DNA of 64,000 nucleotides from a phage. The notes beneath the pieces are model-generated. The model was given only the letters and a program-made list of their open reading frames with translations, was not told where the DNA came from and made no database searches. This document shows, in pieces, positions 37,692 to 45,537 of this stretch (the stretch's first letter is position 1; each line of letters begins with the position of its first letter). The DNA is taken from assembly GCA_014685065.1 (NCBI GenBank), contig GCA_014685065.1_4092.2, one strand, 5' to 3'. The translations under genes were made by a program, and so were the position numbers.

Positions 37692-38048
37692 ATGGGTATA
37701 CAACATATCACGCGTACTACAGACAATGGTGAGATCACTGGCTATCAAGTACAAGGCAAAGTAGCACAATTGCAGTACTGGTTTGTTAAACGTGGCATTG
37801 TTGCACCAGATCTTGATTATAATCGTGTAGCGTTTATTGATTCTCTTTATGTTGATCCCGATAATCGCGGTAACGGTGAAGGTACTGAATTAATGAATGC
37901 CTTTATTGATGCCGCCGATGATTCAGATTGTATCATCTTAGAATGCGATACGGGAGAAGATAACGCATTTAATCTTAAAGAATGGTATGAAAGTTTTGGT
38001 TTTGAAGTGCTGATGGACTGCGAATATCCTATAATGATTTTATCCTAG
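37692..38048 (+). CDS. possible GNAT-type acetyltransferase
   Basis: motif-A-like YVDPDNRGNGEGTELMNAF (R-x-x-G-x-G); weak. Confidence 0.4.
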   Translation: MGIQHITRTTDNGEITGYQVQGKVAQLQYWFVKRGIVAPDLDYNRVAFIDSLYVDPDNRGNGEGTELMNAFIDAADDSDCIILECDTGEDNAFNLKEWYESFGFEVLMDCEYPIMILS

Positions 38049-38051
38049 TAC

Positions 38052-38110
38052 TTGCAATTAGTTTTAAGTACTGTATAATAGTTTACATGAAGGGGAGAAT
38101 AGTTCTCCCC
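38052..38110 (+). promoter_or_regulatory. early promoter cassette + hairpin
   Basis: TTGCAA 38052, TATAAT 38074, GGGGAGAATAGTTCTCCCC. Confidence 0.65.
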
Positions 38111-38127
38111 ACTACAAGGAAAGACAA

Positions 38128-38316
38128 ATGCAAAACTTATCAAGTATTTTAGTACAAGATGATTTCGGTAATCCTGGAAGTGCTATCATTGTTCGGGGTA
38201 ATAAAGCAACATTTGTTATTGCTGGTGGACCTGTACAGCGTAGCATTAAAAACAATGCAGTTACAATCAATAATGTTCGCTATCGCTTGGATAAAGAATT
38301 GATTCATAAACTGTAA
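38128..38316 (+). CDS. hypothetical protein
   Basis: ORF track. Confidence 0.5.
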   Translation: MQNLSSILVQDDFGNPGSAIIVRGNKATFVIAGGPVQRSIKNNAVTINNVRYRLDKELIHKL

Positions 38317-38343
38317 TATTAATTTAATAGAGGATAAAAATAA

Positions 38344-38667
38344 ATGTATATTCATACTACTATCACAAAAGAAGTTCGTTGTCAATTCGAAAGTATCCCT
38401 GGTGTATGTTTCATTACAGGCACTTTCTCACCTGGTGACCGTGATAATCCAGTACTGTTACAGTTACGCCATCCATTATGGGATAAAGCATTTGATCTGC
38501 CGTTGAATGAATTCGCAACCACTGCTGATAAGTACATTAAAAATATTCGCGAGAATGATTGCCTATTCATTAATGCTTTTAGTGATGCCGCGTTAAGTGA
38601 GATCCATGCTGTATTGGTTGCAATCATGGAATCAATGGAGAAAACTATATTCAAACAAGGTGAATAA
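38344..38667 (+). CDS. hypothetical protein
   Basis: ORF track; SD GAGGA. Confidence 0.55.
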   Translation: MYIHTTITKEVRCQFESIPGVCFITGTFSPGDRDNPVLLQLRHPLWDKAFDLPLNEFATTADKYIKNIRENDCLFINAFSDAALSEIHAVLVAIMESMEKTIFKQGE

Positions 38668-38673
38668 AAACTA

Positions 38674-38733
38674 TTGACAATGTAATCTAGTACTGTATAA
38701 TAGTTTACATGAAGGGGAGAAATGATTCTCCCC
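38674..38733 (+). promoter_or_regulatory. early promoter cassette + hairpin
   Basis: TTGACA 38674, TATAAT 38696. Confidence 0.65.
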
Positions 38734-38750
38734 ACTAAGAGGAAAGAAAC

Positions 38751-38963
38751 ATGCAAGGTCAACTAATCGTTCGTAAATGGTCTGATACTAACGAAAAACC
38801 GTGGGATGTTCAATATATCGGACCGGACGGTGTTTCACGTTATCAACCTGGCGTAACGCATAGTACTGAGCAATATGCCGCCGCTCACCGTGAACGCCTG
38901 TTAGAATCTATGAAACAGGGATTCTGTGAAAAATTCATTCAAGATCATTGGCTGAAAGATTAA
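38751..38963 (+). CDS. hypothetical protein
   Basis: ORF track. Confidence 0.55.
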   Translation: MQGQLIVRKWSDTNEKPWDVQYIGPDGVSRYQPGVTHSTEQYAAAHRERLLESMKQGFCEKFIQDHWLKD

Positions 38964-38980
38964 TAGAAGGAGTACAGCTT

Positions 38981-39073
38981 ATGCAAATGAATCCGATGAT
39001 TGTTGTGTTAGCTGTACTTATGGTCATTCATGCCATCGTAGAAGTACTAACACAATCAGGAGTAATACAATGA
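38981..39073 (+). CDS. micro membrane peptide (30 aa)
   Basis: SD AAGGAG 8 nt upstream; hydrophobic; speculative. Confidence 0.35.
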   Translation: MQMNPMIVVLAVLMVIHAIVEVLTQSGVIQ

Positions 39074-39240
39074 TCCAGGTGGAATTATCAGTACTGAAAG
39101 ATCTGTTTTATCGGTTAGGCACTACTGGCGAATACCCTAAAGGGGATACTGCTAAACTATACATTGCATTGGATGTATGGCAACGTAATGAACTGGCTAA
39201 CGCCTGGCGTAAAGGTAAATCAGAGGGGATTGCAGCATGA
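39070..39240 (+). CDS. small hypothetical protein (56 aa)
   Basis: ATGA overlap; SD AGGAG. Confidence 0.4.
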   Translation: MIQVELSVLKDLFYRLGTTGEYPKGDTAKLYIALDVWQRNELANAWRKGKSEGIAA

Positions 39241-39386
39241 AAGAATTCTTATTCGAAGTAGTGTTCCAGGGCGTAGGAAGTAACCAACTGATTCGATCAA
39301 GTGGTTACAATGTTAACCAGGCATGGAATAACATTAAACAAATGTACCCGAACGCTATCACATATCGCAACCCAAAACAAGTTTAA
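39237..39386 (+). CDS. small hypothetical protein (49 aa)
   Basis: ATGA overlap. Confidence 0.35.
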   Translation: MKEFLFEVVFQGVGSNQLIRSSGYNVNQAWNNIKQMYPNAITYRNPKQV

Positions 39387-39400
39387 AAAGAATTAAAAAA

Positions 39401-39433
39401 GGGATTGACTCCGGTCAGTCCCTTTGCTATTAT
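39401..39433 (+). terminator. terminator/promoter dual element, copy 5 (GGGATTGAC-TCCG-GTCAGTCCC variant)
   Basis: read directly. Confidence 0.55.
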
Positions 39434-39530
39434 ATACGCATAGAAACAAATCAGCCCACAGGGTGCATAAATGTATCTATTATATGCTGGTGGCTAGTAC
39501 TATCAAGTACTGAAAACTATTTTTAAAAAG

Positions 39531-39700
39531 TACTTGCAAAGTATCACGATAAGCGTATAATGTTTTACATCAGGACGGGGAACGAAACAAGTAACTCCCC
39601 GTTAAGTAGTCCAGGAGTAAGACATACGAAAACCTCCCCTGATAAAATAGTTTGACAATACCAAGTAAACGAGTATAATACTTACATCAACCACAAAGAG
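39531..39700 (+). promoter_or_regulatory. second copy of the long tandem-promoter leader module seen at 29204-29349
   Basis: near-identical ~170 bp. Confidence 0.5.
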
Positions 39701-39709
39701 GAATACAAA

Positions 39710-39910
39710 ATGAAACATTTTACTTTCGGTGTAGTAGGCTTTACAGTATCCAGCGGCGTTTATAAATCAGAACGCGGTGCTAAAAATGCAGCAAGTCGGG
39801 CGTATGGTTCACAGCGTGACTTACAGGTCGGTTATATTAGTAACATTAATAACATGTTTATTCCTGTTTCACAGCGTAAAGCGGGTAACATGAAATGGGA
39901 AACAATTTGA
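39710..39910 (+). CDS. hypothetical protein
   Basis: ORF track; SD AAGAGGAA. Confidence 0.55.
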   Translation: MKHFTFGVVGFTVSSGVYKSERGAKNAASRAYGSQRDLQVGYISNINNMFIPVSQRKAGNMKWETI

Positions 39911-39918
39911 TAAAATAG

Positions 39919-39978
39919 TTTGACAATAGTTTTTAGTACTGTATAATAGTTTACATCAAGTGGGGAATAGTTCCCCAC
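39919..39978 (+). promoter_or_regulatory. early promoter cassette + hairpin GTGGGGAATAGTTCCCCAC
   Basis: TTGACA 39919, TATAAT 39942. Confidence 0.65.
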
Positions 39979-39999
39979 CTAACAAAGAGAGAAATTAAA

Positions 40000-40275
40000 A
40001 TGCGGATTCTACTGACAGCTAACGAAATCGAGCAAGTACTGACTACTAACCTGGAAGACTGGAAACGTGATGCAGATATCCAGGCGGTGCAATGGCTCAA
40101 TGATAAGTTAACGCCGGATGATTTAAGTAAGATTGTAGATCCACAATTCTATGAAGATATTCACGACACGGCTTTAAGCGTCGAGGATGTACTTGATAAG
40201 CACTACATTGATATTGATTTGCAGGTTTACGGTCGTAAAAACTTTATCACTATTCACGACATTTATAATAATTAA
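40000..40275 (+). CDS. hypothetical protein
   Basis: ORF track. Confidence 0.55.
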   Translation: MRILLTANEIEQVLTTNLEDWKRDADIQAVQWLNDKLTPDDLSKIVDPQFYEDIHDTALSVEDVLDKHYIDIDLQVYGRKNFITIHDIYNN

Positions 40276-40278
40276 GTA

Positions 40279-40338
40279 TTGACAAAGTATCTTAGTACTG
40301 TATAATAGTTTACATCAAGGCAGGGGAATGGTTCCCCT
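40279..40338 (+). promoter_or_regulatory. early promoter cassette + hairpin
   Basis: TTGACA 40279, TATAAT 40301, AGGGGAATGGTTCCCCT. Confidence 0.65.
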
Positions 40339-40362
40339 CCTAACTAAAAGAGAGAAATTAAA

Positions 40363-40686
40363 ATGACTATGATCCTTACCCAGAAAGTAGAAATGAAAAT
40401 TGTAACTTCCTTTGACATTAAAGTTAATCGGTGGACTGATAGCCACGGCAATACTTACCACTCATGCTACGTGTCTGCATTGATTGGTGACCGCTGGGAA
40501 GACCTGGGACATGAAACCTTTACTTACGGTTACGGTACACAAGGCGAATACACGGGCTTGGAGATCATTAAAGAAACTGTAATAGGTTTCAACCCGAAAG
40601 AGAAAGTACTACACAGAATTGAGGATGAGATCAACAAAGAAATTACAGTTCGTTACTACGATGTAAAACGTAAGAAAGACATGTAA
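40363..40686 (+). CDS. hypothetical protein
   Basis: ORF track. Confidence 0.55.
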   Translation: MTMILTQKVEMKIVTSFDIKVNRWTDSHGNTYHSCYVSALIGDRWEDLGHETFTYGYGTQGEYTGLEIIKETVIGFNPKEKVLHRIEDEINKEITVRYYDVKRKKDM

Positions 40687-40700
40687 TAGAATCCATTTAA

Positions 40701-40737
40701 AGTACTATTTGACATTGCCCAGATAGTACTTTATAAT
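40701..40737 (+). promoter_or_regulatory. class II promoter with AGTACT inverted repeat
   Basis: TTGACA 40709, N17, TATAAT 40732. Confidence 0.55.
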
Positions 40738-40785
40738 AGACTCTAACTTGTAGTACTAATTAACTTAACTAATAGGATGTACACC

Positions 40786-41181
40786 ATGATTACTAAATTC
40801 TTCGCTACCCGTGAACAAGCTCGCATCGTTGCTCGTGAAGAAGGTGAAACATTTAAAGACATGGGCAAAGATGCACCGAAAGGACAACGCTGGGCGGTAC
40901 AGTTCAAAGAGATCTCTGATATTGTGAATTCACCTGAGCCTGTACTTACTGAAGCAGAACTGAAGAAAGCTCAAGAACTGGCTGAAGTACTGAACGCTCA
41001 AGATGACTTCTTGGAAGGTTCTGATATTGAAGTTACAGTTAACGCAAATGCATGGACTCACGCGGATCACCTGGCAAACCTTAAGCGTCCAAGTGAACTG
41101 ATTCGTAACCAGAAAGAGATCCGTCATGACCGTAAAGGAAACCGTGTAACAGTATACAGTAAACGCCGCCAGGTTATCTAA
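40786..41181 (+). CDS. hypothetical protein, paralog of 28815..29081
   Basis: shared N- and C-terminal motifs. Confidence 0.55.
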   Translation: MITKFFATREQARIVAREEGETFKDMGKDAPKGQRWAVQFKEISDIVNSPEPVLTEAELKKAQELAEVLNAQDDFLEGSDIEVTVNANAWTHADHLANLKRPSELIRNQKEIRHDRKGNRVTVYSKRRQVI

Positions 41182-41204
41182 TAACTTTGCAGTACTAACA
41201 ACAC

Positions 41205-41229
41205 GGCGGGAATAGTTCCCGCCTTTTTT
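41205..41229 (+). terminator. intrinsic terminator: hairpin GGCGGGAATAGTTCCCGCC (same family as 5' hairpins) + T6
   Basis: read directly. Confidence 0.65.
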
Positions 41230-41244
41230 ATAGGATAAACTAAA

Positions 41245-41499
41245 ATGATGAAGGTACAACTATCTAAAGATAATATCTTGCGGGTACACTATAAAGCACC
41301 ACAGAGAATCATCACAAAGGCCGTACAGCTTGCTAATGAGTTTATTAATGGTAGTCTATTACCCAGGAAGTTAAGCAACGGGAAACTACGTGTTATCGAT
41401 GTAGACACTAACAATAGAATAGTAATTGAGAGTACTGGAAAAATTAATCTATATGAACACCAACAATACAATAAAAAAATAAAACTAATATCACGTTGA
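41245..41499 (+). CDS. hypothetical protein
   Basis: ORF track. Confidence 0.5.
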   Translation: MMKVQLSKDNILRVHYKAPQRIITKAVQLANEFINGSLLPRKLSNGKLRVIDVDTNNRIVIESTGKINLYEHQQYNKKIKLISR

Positions 41500-41555
41500 C
41501 AGTACTCAATTGTTTTAGTATTATGTATCTATACCAACACAGAGAGAGAAACAAA

Positions 41556-41774
41556 ATGAAATTATCTAAAATCGAAAAGAAAACTATTGATGAAGCAGTG
41601 AAGCACGGTTATACCTTTCGTAATGATTCACACTTCACCAGTTTTCAACAGGGAAACCGTACCATCAAAAAACTCATTGATAAAGGTTTACTCACTAAGG
41701 TTGATAACGGGAACGGTGTAGAATATCAACCGACAGAAGACGCATTATCACTAAAGAAATATTCTATTATCTAA
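41556..41774 (+). CDS. hypothetical protein
   Basis: ATG at 41556 after a TTGACAGTACTCAAWTGTTTTAGTA leader repeat. Confidence 0.5.
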   Translation: MKLSKIEKKTIDEAVKHGYTFRNDSHFTSFQQGNRTIKKLIDKGLLTKVDNGNGVEYQPTEDALSLKKYSII

Positions 41775-41831
41775 TTGACAGTACTCAAATGTTTTAGTAC
41801 TATGTACGCATACCAACACGGGGAAAACAAA

Positions 41832-42074
41832 ATGATTACTTTAGAAAAACGTATCAAAGAGACTACAACGCTGGTGGAACTGTTAACCGTTCTTAAATGC
41901 CGGGTAACTCCATTCAGTACACCGGACTTTATCAACATGGTGGACGTTAACGGTCGCTATCGTATTGCGGTCGAACAAGGTACGGCAAAAGTATTCAGTA
42001 CTAAAAATACGCGTGAAGTATTCCACGCAGTAAGTACGAAAAAAGTAGTTGCCATTGATAGTAAAGTACTGTAA
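41832..42074 (+). CDS. hypothetical protein
   Basis: ATG at 41832; same upstream repeat as 41556 gene. Confidence 0.5.
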   Translation: MITLEKRIKETTTLVELLTVLKCRVTPFSTPDFINMVDVNGRYRIAVEQGTAKVFSTKNTREVFHAVSTKKVVAIDSKVL

Positions 42075-42105
42075 TATAGTTTCATTAACTCAAGGAGTCA
42101 ACACA

Positions 42106-42690
42106 ATGCGTAACTATACTAAATTCATCCGTTCACTTCATGCAATGGAAACCAACAAAGAGATCCTTTCAGCTTGTCGGTTAGCTGGACTGGAGATCGT
42201 CGGTGCGGGTTCTTCCCGTATTGTATTCGCTTTAAATGATCGGTTAGTGATTAAGGTCGCGAATTGTGATGCGGGTGTAGAACAAAATGAAACTGAATGT
42301 AAGGTATGGAATTTTTTAGATTATGACCGTCCGCACCTTAAACAGTTCTTTGCCAAGGTGCATATGCATTTATGCGATCCTGATAATCTGTTTATTGTTA
42401 TGGATCGTTTGAGTACTGCAAGCAAAGGCAGTGTAAAGCACGTAACCGCATGTAATGAGTTAAAGTACAATATTAAACGTAACACTATTGAACGCCATCA
42501 CCATTTCGCTGATGCTCTCAATCACGTTGATGATACATTATCCACACTAACGATAAGAGATATCAGAAAACAGAATATCGGCCAGGATCGCAACGGCTTG
42601 ATTAAAGTACTTGATTACGGTTTAACCCGCAATATCTGGAATCAGTACTATAAAAAACGTGATGTTAACGCGATAACTATAACACGATAA
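42106..42690 (+). CDS. protein-kinase-like protein
   Basis: Gly loop VGAGSSRIV, VIKVA lysine, RDIRKQNIG catalytic-loop-like, VLDYG DFG-like. Confidence 0.45.
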   Translation: MRNYTKFIRSLHAMETNKEILSACRLAGLEIVGAGSSRIVFALNDRLVIKVANCDAGVEQNETECKVWNFLDYDRPHLKQFFAKVHMHLCDPDNLFIVMDRLSTASKGSVKHVTACNELKYNIKRNTIERHHHFADALNHVDDTLSTLTIRDIRKQNIGQDRNGLIKVLDYGLTRNIWNQYYKKRDVNAITITR

Positions 42691-42704
42691 AAAAGATTAA
42701 AAAA

Positions 42705-42737
42705 GGGATTGACTCCAGTCAGTCCCTTTGCTATTAT
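42705..42737 (+). terminator. terminator/promoter dual element, copy 6
   Basis: GGGATTGAC-TCCA-GTCAGTCCC + TATTAT. Confidence 0.55.
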
Positions 42738-42831
42738 ATATTCATTGAGAGATAACTCACTGACCCATAGGGTGCGGAAGTGTATCTATTATATAAGTAT
42801 TCAGTACTGAAAACTATTTGATAAAAAGTAC

Positions 42832-42891
42832 TTGCAAACTATCTTAATGAGCGTATAATGTTTTATATCGAGAGGGGGAAATGGTTCTCCC
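42832..42891 (+). promoter_or_regulatory. early promoter cassette + hairpin
   Basis: TTGCAA 42832, TATAAT 42854. Confidence 0.6.
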
Positions 42892-42914
42892 TGGTACTAA
42901 AAGGAATCAAAACG

Positions 42915-43136
42915 ATGGCTACTATGACCTGCGTTCACGCTTCAAATCTTCTGAATGATGCAGCATTTAAAGCAGGTGAAGAATATCAATGCTATCGGGA
43001 TGAAAATAAAAAAGTTTTCGTCGTTGATGCTAACGGTTTCCATATTGAATTGCAATCCGGCTTCACTGGTTTAAATGGTAAATCAGTATGGGGCGTTAAT
43101 GATGATAATGGTCTTTATCACTTTATCCGTAATTAA
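42915..43136 (+). CDS. hypothetical protein
   Basis: ATG after SD AAAGGAA. Confidence 0.55.
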   Translation: MATMTCVHASNLLNDAAFKAGEEYQCYRDENKKVFVVDANGFHIELQSGFTGLNGKSVWGVNDDNGLYHFIRN

Positions 43137-43139
43137 GTA

Positions 43140-43199
43140 TTGACAAAGTATATCAGTACTGTATAATAGTTTACATCAAGGGGAGAATAGTTCTCCCCA
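43140..43199 (+). promoter_or_regulatory. early promoter cassette + hairpin
   Basis: TTGACA 43140, TATAAT 43162, GGGGAGAATAGTTCTCCCC. Confidence 0.65.
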
Positions 43200-43220
43200 C
43201 CAATAAAAGGAAACAAAATT

Positions 43221-43493
43221 ATGTCTAGCTACTCCGCTACTATGATCATTAAAGATATGAACGGTAATCCTACTTCTGCTGGTGGATCATTTGGAAACAT
43301 TAACTTAGATGGTCGGTTATCAATTGAATCAGCCATCAATGCAGCGAAAGAAGTTTTTAAGAATGAATGCACTGTAAGTAAGCTGGATTATATGGGATTC
43401 GCTATCGAGAAAACTAATCGTTTTGTGAACTACAAAAATCCACTGATGATTGATACTAACCTGAAAGCTAACGAAGTGGAATACTTATTATGA
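43221..43493 (+). CDS. hypothetical protein
   Basis: ORF track. Confidence 0.55.
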   Translation: MSSYSATMIIKDMNGNPTSAGGSFGNINLDGRLSIESAINAAKEVFKNECTVSKLDYMGFAIEKTNRFVNYKNPLMIDTNLKANEVEYLL

Positions 43494-43681
43494 CAGTTGA
43501 AGAAGTTAAAAAAGTACTGGCAGTACTACGCTATCATAATCATTGTAAGGTGAAGAATGATCCTGATTATGTTGATTCATCCCTGGAGGAAGACACCTTA
43601 AACGCGATAAGCTATATGCAAACATTAGCAAAGCGTATGACCGAAAAGAATAGGCCGGACTATATCGGAAATAAAATTTAA
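43490..43681 (+). CDS. hypothetical protein
   Basis: ATGA overlap. Confidence 0.5.
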   Translation: MTVEEVKKVLAVLRYHNHCKVKNDPDYVDSSLEEDTLNAISYMQTLAKRMTEKNRPDYIGNKI

Positions 43682-43687
43682 AAAGTA

Positions 43688-43748
43688 CTTGCATTGTAGT
43701 TAGATTAACGTATAATGTTTTATATCGAGAGGGGGAAATGGTTTCCCC
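43688..43748 (+). promoter_or_regulatory. early promoter cassette + hairpin
   Basis: TTGCAT 43688, TATAAT 43710, AGGGGGAAATGGTTTCCCCT. Confidence 0.6.
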
Positions 43749-43768
43749 TCAAGTCCAGGAGATACACC

Positions 43769-44032
43769 ATGAACACTATCGAAATCACTATCAATGCACA
43801 CGTATACGACAACGTAGTACTGCAAACTACTATGACCGCTAATGATACCAGTACTTTGCGGAATATCGTTATTAGTTCAGTATGTGCCGCTATCGGTGAT
43901 GTTGCCCTTGAAAATGCAAAACACGTCAACGATGCCTTTACGATGTGCAAACGTGATAACTCAAAACATATCATCTGCGAAGGTTACGGCGGTGTAGAAT
44001 ACAATGTTTATATGAAAAAAGTACTTGCATAA
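43769..44032 (+). CDS. hypothetical protein
   Basis: ATG after SD AGGAG. Confidence 0.55.
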   Translation: MNTIEITINAHVYDNVVLQTTMTANDTSTLRNIVISSVCAAIGDVALENAKHVNDAFTMCKRDNSKHIICEGYGGVEYNVYMKKVLA

Positions 44033-44081
44033 TAACTAAAACAAAGTATAATGTTTTGCATAGGGGGAGATATCCTCCCCC
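44025..44081 (+). promoter_or_regulatory. early promoter cassette + hairpin GGGGGAGATATCCTCCCCC (altered loop, pairing kept)
   Basis: TTGCAT 44025, TATAAT 44047. Confidence 0.6.
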
Positions 44082-44100
44082 ACTAATAAGGAGTACTAAA

Positions 44101-44325
44101 ATGGCTAACTTTGATGAACTGATGCGGGAAGTAGCTACCCTGGCAGAAGAGAAGAAATCATTCGATTCTATATATAACACCGCTTACAGTGATTCAGTAC
44201 TGGCATGTACTCAGGATCAAAAAGATGAACTGATCGCCACCTATCATGAAGCATGGAAGTATTACCGCCAATGGGAGAAAGAAGAAAGCGAGTCTACCAT
44301 CAACGGCATCAATAATCTAATCTAA
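44101..44325 (+). CDS. hypothetical protein
   Basis: ATG after SD AAGGAG. Confidence 0.55.
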   Translation: MANFDELMREVATLAEEKKSFDSIYNTAYSDSVLACTQDQKDELIATYHEAWKYYRQWEKEESESTINGINNLI

Positions 44326-44399
44326 AGTTTTATTTCAGTACTATTGACAATGCGTGATAGTACTGATGTGATAACTTTACTAACTAAAGGGGAAACATA

Positions 44400-44657
44400 A
44401 TGGAACAGTTCACACAATATCGGGTAAATCCTCAAGCTATGGCCTACGTAGAAGACCATAAAACGTTACCAGTACTAACACCAATTAAAGGCCATATCTA
44501 TCGTGCTATGCAGTGGAATAACGCCTATAATGGCTATAAAGCGGTATCCGCTGCAATGTACTTAGGGGATGGCGAATGGTTTGATCCAAATAATCCTGGT
44601 GCACTCGATAGTACTGAAAAAATGACATGGGCCGACTATATCGAAGATATCTCATAA
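44400..44657 (+). CDS. hypothetical protein
   Basis: ORF track. Confidence 0.55.
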   Translation: MEQFTQYRVNPQAMAYVEDHKTLPVLTPIKGHIYRAMQWNNAYNGYKAVSAAMYLGDGEWFDPNNPGALDSTEKMTWADYIEDIS

Positions 44658-44664
44658 AAACTAT

Positions 44665-44726
44665 TTGACAGTACTACAAGATAATGTATAATGTTTTACA
44701 TAGAGCGGGGGAATAGTTCTCCCGCA
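44665..44726 (+). promoter_or_regulatory. early promoter cassette + hairpin
   Basis: TTGACA 44665, TATAAT 44687, GCGGGGGAATAGTTCTCCCGC. Confidence 0.6.
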
Positions 44727-44745
44727 CCTTTAGGAGTAAAACATT

Positions 44746-44946
44746 ATGTCAATCGCTAACGAATTGGTTGCAGTACTGAATGAAGCAAAAGCCAACTGCA
44801 TCGATGTACAGATAAAAGAGCTTGGCAATGGCTTGATCGGCTGTACTTGTTCCGTGCAAACGGCTACCGATTATCGGGAAGTGGAATCACTCGAATCACT
44901 GGTACGGTATATTAAAATCCTGGTAGAAGATTGGAGAATCATCTAA
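44746..44946 (+). CDS. hypothetical protein
   Basis: ORF track; SD AGGAG. Confidence 0.55.
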   Translation: MSIANELVAVLNEAKANCIDVQIKELGNGLIGCTCSVQTATDYREVESLESLVRYIKILVEDWRII

Positions 44947-44965
44947 CAAAAAAGAATAAAAAAAA

Positions 44966-44999
44966 GGGATTGACTCCGGTCAGTCCCTTTGCTATTATA
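44966..44999 (+). terminator. terminator/promoter dual element, copy 7
   Basis: GGGATTGAC-TCCG-GTCAGTCCC + TATTAT. Confidence 0.55.
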
Positions 45000-45122
45000 T
45001 ACGCATAGACAAAAACTAGCCCACAGGGTGCAGAGAAGTATCTGTAAGATAGTTAATAACGGTGAGTAACTATCTGCTGGTGGATGTAATTCCAGTACTC
45101 AAAACTATTTCAAAAAAAGTAT

Positions 45123-45150
45123 TGACAAAGTATATCAGTACTGCGATAAT
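45123..45150 (+). promoter_or_regulatory. sigma70-like promoter TTGACA-N16-GATAAT
   Basis: read directly. Confidence 0.5.
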
Positions 45151-45203
45151 GTATCTCGTAGGGCGGCGATGGTGCGACGGCCCACAAAGTTAGGAGATTC
45201 AAA

Positions 45204-45530
45204 ATGAGTACTTCAATCGCTATCGTTAAAGCTTTCATCCGTACCAATTTCGACCGCATTACTGTTGATGGTAATGATCGGGAAGTAGAATACTCTTTCA
45301 TTGTTGCACAAACCGCAAACGGTGCACGCTATATCTTAAACGATAGTGAAGCTAACCACTACTTCTATAATAAAGGATTACACTACATCCCTAGCGAAGT
45401 AGTCTACAGTAAGATGAATAAGCTGGTAGACAAGATTAACGCAAAGGGTACTATAGATTTACAGTACTGGACCGAAACAGATCCAGAATACGGCTCGTAT
45501 CGTTACCTGAATCCAGGAATTAAAATGTAA
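45204..45530 (+). CDS. hypothetical protein
   Basis: ORF track; SD AGGAG. Confidence 0.6.
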   Translation: MSTSIAIVKAFIRTNFDRITVDGNDREVEYSFIVAQTANGARYILNDSEANHYFYNKGLHYIPSEVVYSKMNKLVDKINAKGTIDLQYWTETDPEYGSYRYLNPGIKM

Positions 45531-45537
45531 AAAGTAC

